Shown here: positions 61,900 to 64,000 of the stretch, piece by piece | Numbering within the stretch: position 1 is the first letter of the stretch | How the letters are laid out: every line of letters begins with the position of its first letter | NCBI GenBank assembly: GCA_043228905.1 | Contig: JBHGNT010000001.1 | Span: forward strand, 9,486,001 to 9,550,000 | DNA from: Azolla caroliniana | Taxonomy: Eukaryota; Plantae; Polypodiophyta | DNA length: 64,000 nucleotides | Reading direction: 5' to 3' | Position numbers and translations under genes: made by a program | The notes under the pieces: generated by a model | Told to the model about the DNA's origin: nothing | Databases searched by the model: none | Seen by the model: the letters and a program-made list of their open reading frames with translations, nothing else

Positions 61900-64000
61900 T
61901 CCAATCAAGGTAGATTAGGATCTATGCCACAAAATAGATGGTAGGATGAGGATTGTAGGAACTTACATAGCCAACTTACAATATTGCAACTAAGTGGTAG
62001 TATTACTTTAGTACAAGCTCGCAAAGAAATGCATAAGATGACACGGCGTAGAATGGGAGGCATCCCAATATTGGGAACTCTACCATATGCTCATGAGTAG
62101 TGATTGCGGCACTGCAAGGAAGAGATTACGGGAACCAAGACCAGAAACACCCATCGAAGATCCTGAAACCTGGCACACATATACAAAGAGACTTTACCAA
62201 ATCCCAAACCAACCACCCATTCGAAGGCCTTCTACACCCCGACCTACTGTGGGGACACTTTTGACAACCTCTAGGGTCGCGAAGGTCATAAAGAAATTAC
62301 AACATAGGAATTCCATGGACCACACAGGATTACGAGCAGAACACATCATATATGTGAGAGAAGGCCTAACTCCCTTGCTAACTGTAATTTTCAATCGTGC
62401 CCTCGCGGAGGATTTTCCAACACAATGGACTATGAACACAATGGCCCCCATACATAAAGCAGGGGGGACGCCATGGACCCAAATACATGTAGGAGCATTA
62501 TGATAGGTCATACCCTTGCTAAATTATATGGTGCAGTAATGGAGGTAGAGTTTAGCCATTATATGGACACCCTAAATCTTCGCACACCTGAACAGGCTGG
62601 CTTTAGACAAGCCTTCTCCACTATTGATCATATCTTCACACTTAGATGCTTAATTGACCAAACTAACACTCACAAGAAGAAATTATATTGCTGTTTTGTG
62701 GACTTCCGCAAAGCCTTTGACAAGGTCCCTACAGAGTGTTTGTTTGATAGGCTTAAAAGCTTAAGGATACGAGATGACATGGTTTGGGCCATCTACGCAC
62801 TATATGAACAAGTGTCCAGATGTGTTCGATGCCCAGGTGTCTTATCCAATTGTTTCACTAGTACTATTGGTGTAAAACAAGGCTCCCCCTATCTCTGACT
62901 CTCTTTTTGGGATCTACATTGATGAGATTACATATTTTATTGCTCGTAAGGGAGGCAATGATGTAGTCCTTGGCAATACGCAAGTTCGTATCTTGCTCTA
63001 TGCAGACGACCTAATTTTTCTCTCTGAATCCGAACACGACCTACAAAGGCACCTTAATGTGTTAGATGACTTTTGCACACAACGAGAATTGGCAATGAAT
63101 CTAGGGAAAACTAAAGTCTTTATCTTCCACACATCGGCCCAAGGTAGAGCTAAGTGTCACCTAACTATCTTCCATAGCCCAGTGGAGGTGGTTGGATCAT
63201 ATGTCTATCTCAGGGAAATTTTTGATGACACAAGCCGTGGGGGATAGACTTACGAGAGGACATGCCTCCCTCTCACTCCTTGAGAGACAATGCCATCAAG
63301 CATACTTTCAAGAGCCACGGACTAAAGGGTGGCTCTTTGACTCATTAGTGACTCCCTCCCGCATGTATGCATCAGTGGTTTGGGCTCTAGGACTACCATC
63401 CTTCATGTGGACGCAATTAGAGGGACCATTGGTGATAATGTTATCACGCCAACTCCGAAACAAATCGACAGTACCACATGACATTATTAGGGCTGAGTTC
63501 ACTTTACCCCTGATGCTAGTACAGGCACTTTTTCAACTTGTAGTCTTTATCCACAGGATACATAGTCAACCACATGATAGAATATCCCATCAAGTCTTTA
63601 AGGCCTCTCGATGACTGTATGTGTCCAGTTATACTAGCTCATGGTATGGCATAATGGTAAGTTGGCTTCTTGCGAATGGTCTAGACATTAATAACCTCCC
63701 TCCCCTTACCTACAACCACGCGATTGATAACACTTTAATCTATCATGAGAACCACAATAAAGTAATACACCAAGAAATATGGCAAATTTACACTTGGTAT
63801 AAATGGATCACCTCACTAGAGCAACTCCCATCTAAAATGTTGTACTATAAGAAACACTTCATGCACTTCTCTAAGTTAGGTTTTATTATGCGGCCAAAAT
63901 ATCTAGATGTATTCTTACCACATGTAATAAGGGTTGCCATTGGACAACTTAGAATATCATCTCACCAACATGAGATTCAGAACGGTTATTTGTAATTGGA
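61900..64000 (+). mobile_element. Second RTE/RTEX-like LINE subfamily, degenerate RT region
   Basis: PIHKAG, QAGFRQAFSTIDHIFTL, CFVDFRKAFD, GVKQG, LLYADDL, LRISSHQHEIQNG. Confidence 0.88.

Overview
Eukaryotic land-plant DNA, probably a seed-free plant such as a fern (inferred from the TE content, not shown by the sequence). Two spliced host genes sit among nested transposons: a 9-exon triacylglycerol lipase (minus strand, 23660-28546, 397 aa) and a 7-exon ferric reduction oxidase, FRO (plus strand, ~52220-56109). The TEs are Copia elements and solo LTRs, a chromodomain Ty3/Gypsy with a Tf1-style self-priming site, L1 and RTEX-like LINEs, and two hAT non-autonomous elements with perfect 8-bp TSDs. 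Region 7586-21659 is a four-level nested insertion series that TSDs let me reconstruct. The least explained object is a ~5.7-kb insertion (1269-6990) that splits a Copia LTR. It has no recognisable transposase and carries palindromic and TTAGGG-containing arrays, a coiled-coil/RING-H2 gene and a degenerate FCP1/NIF phosphatase-like domain. There is a 100-N assembly gap at 51530-51629. All family calls come from motifs read by eye; no database searches were run.
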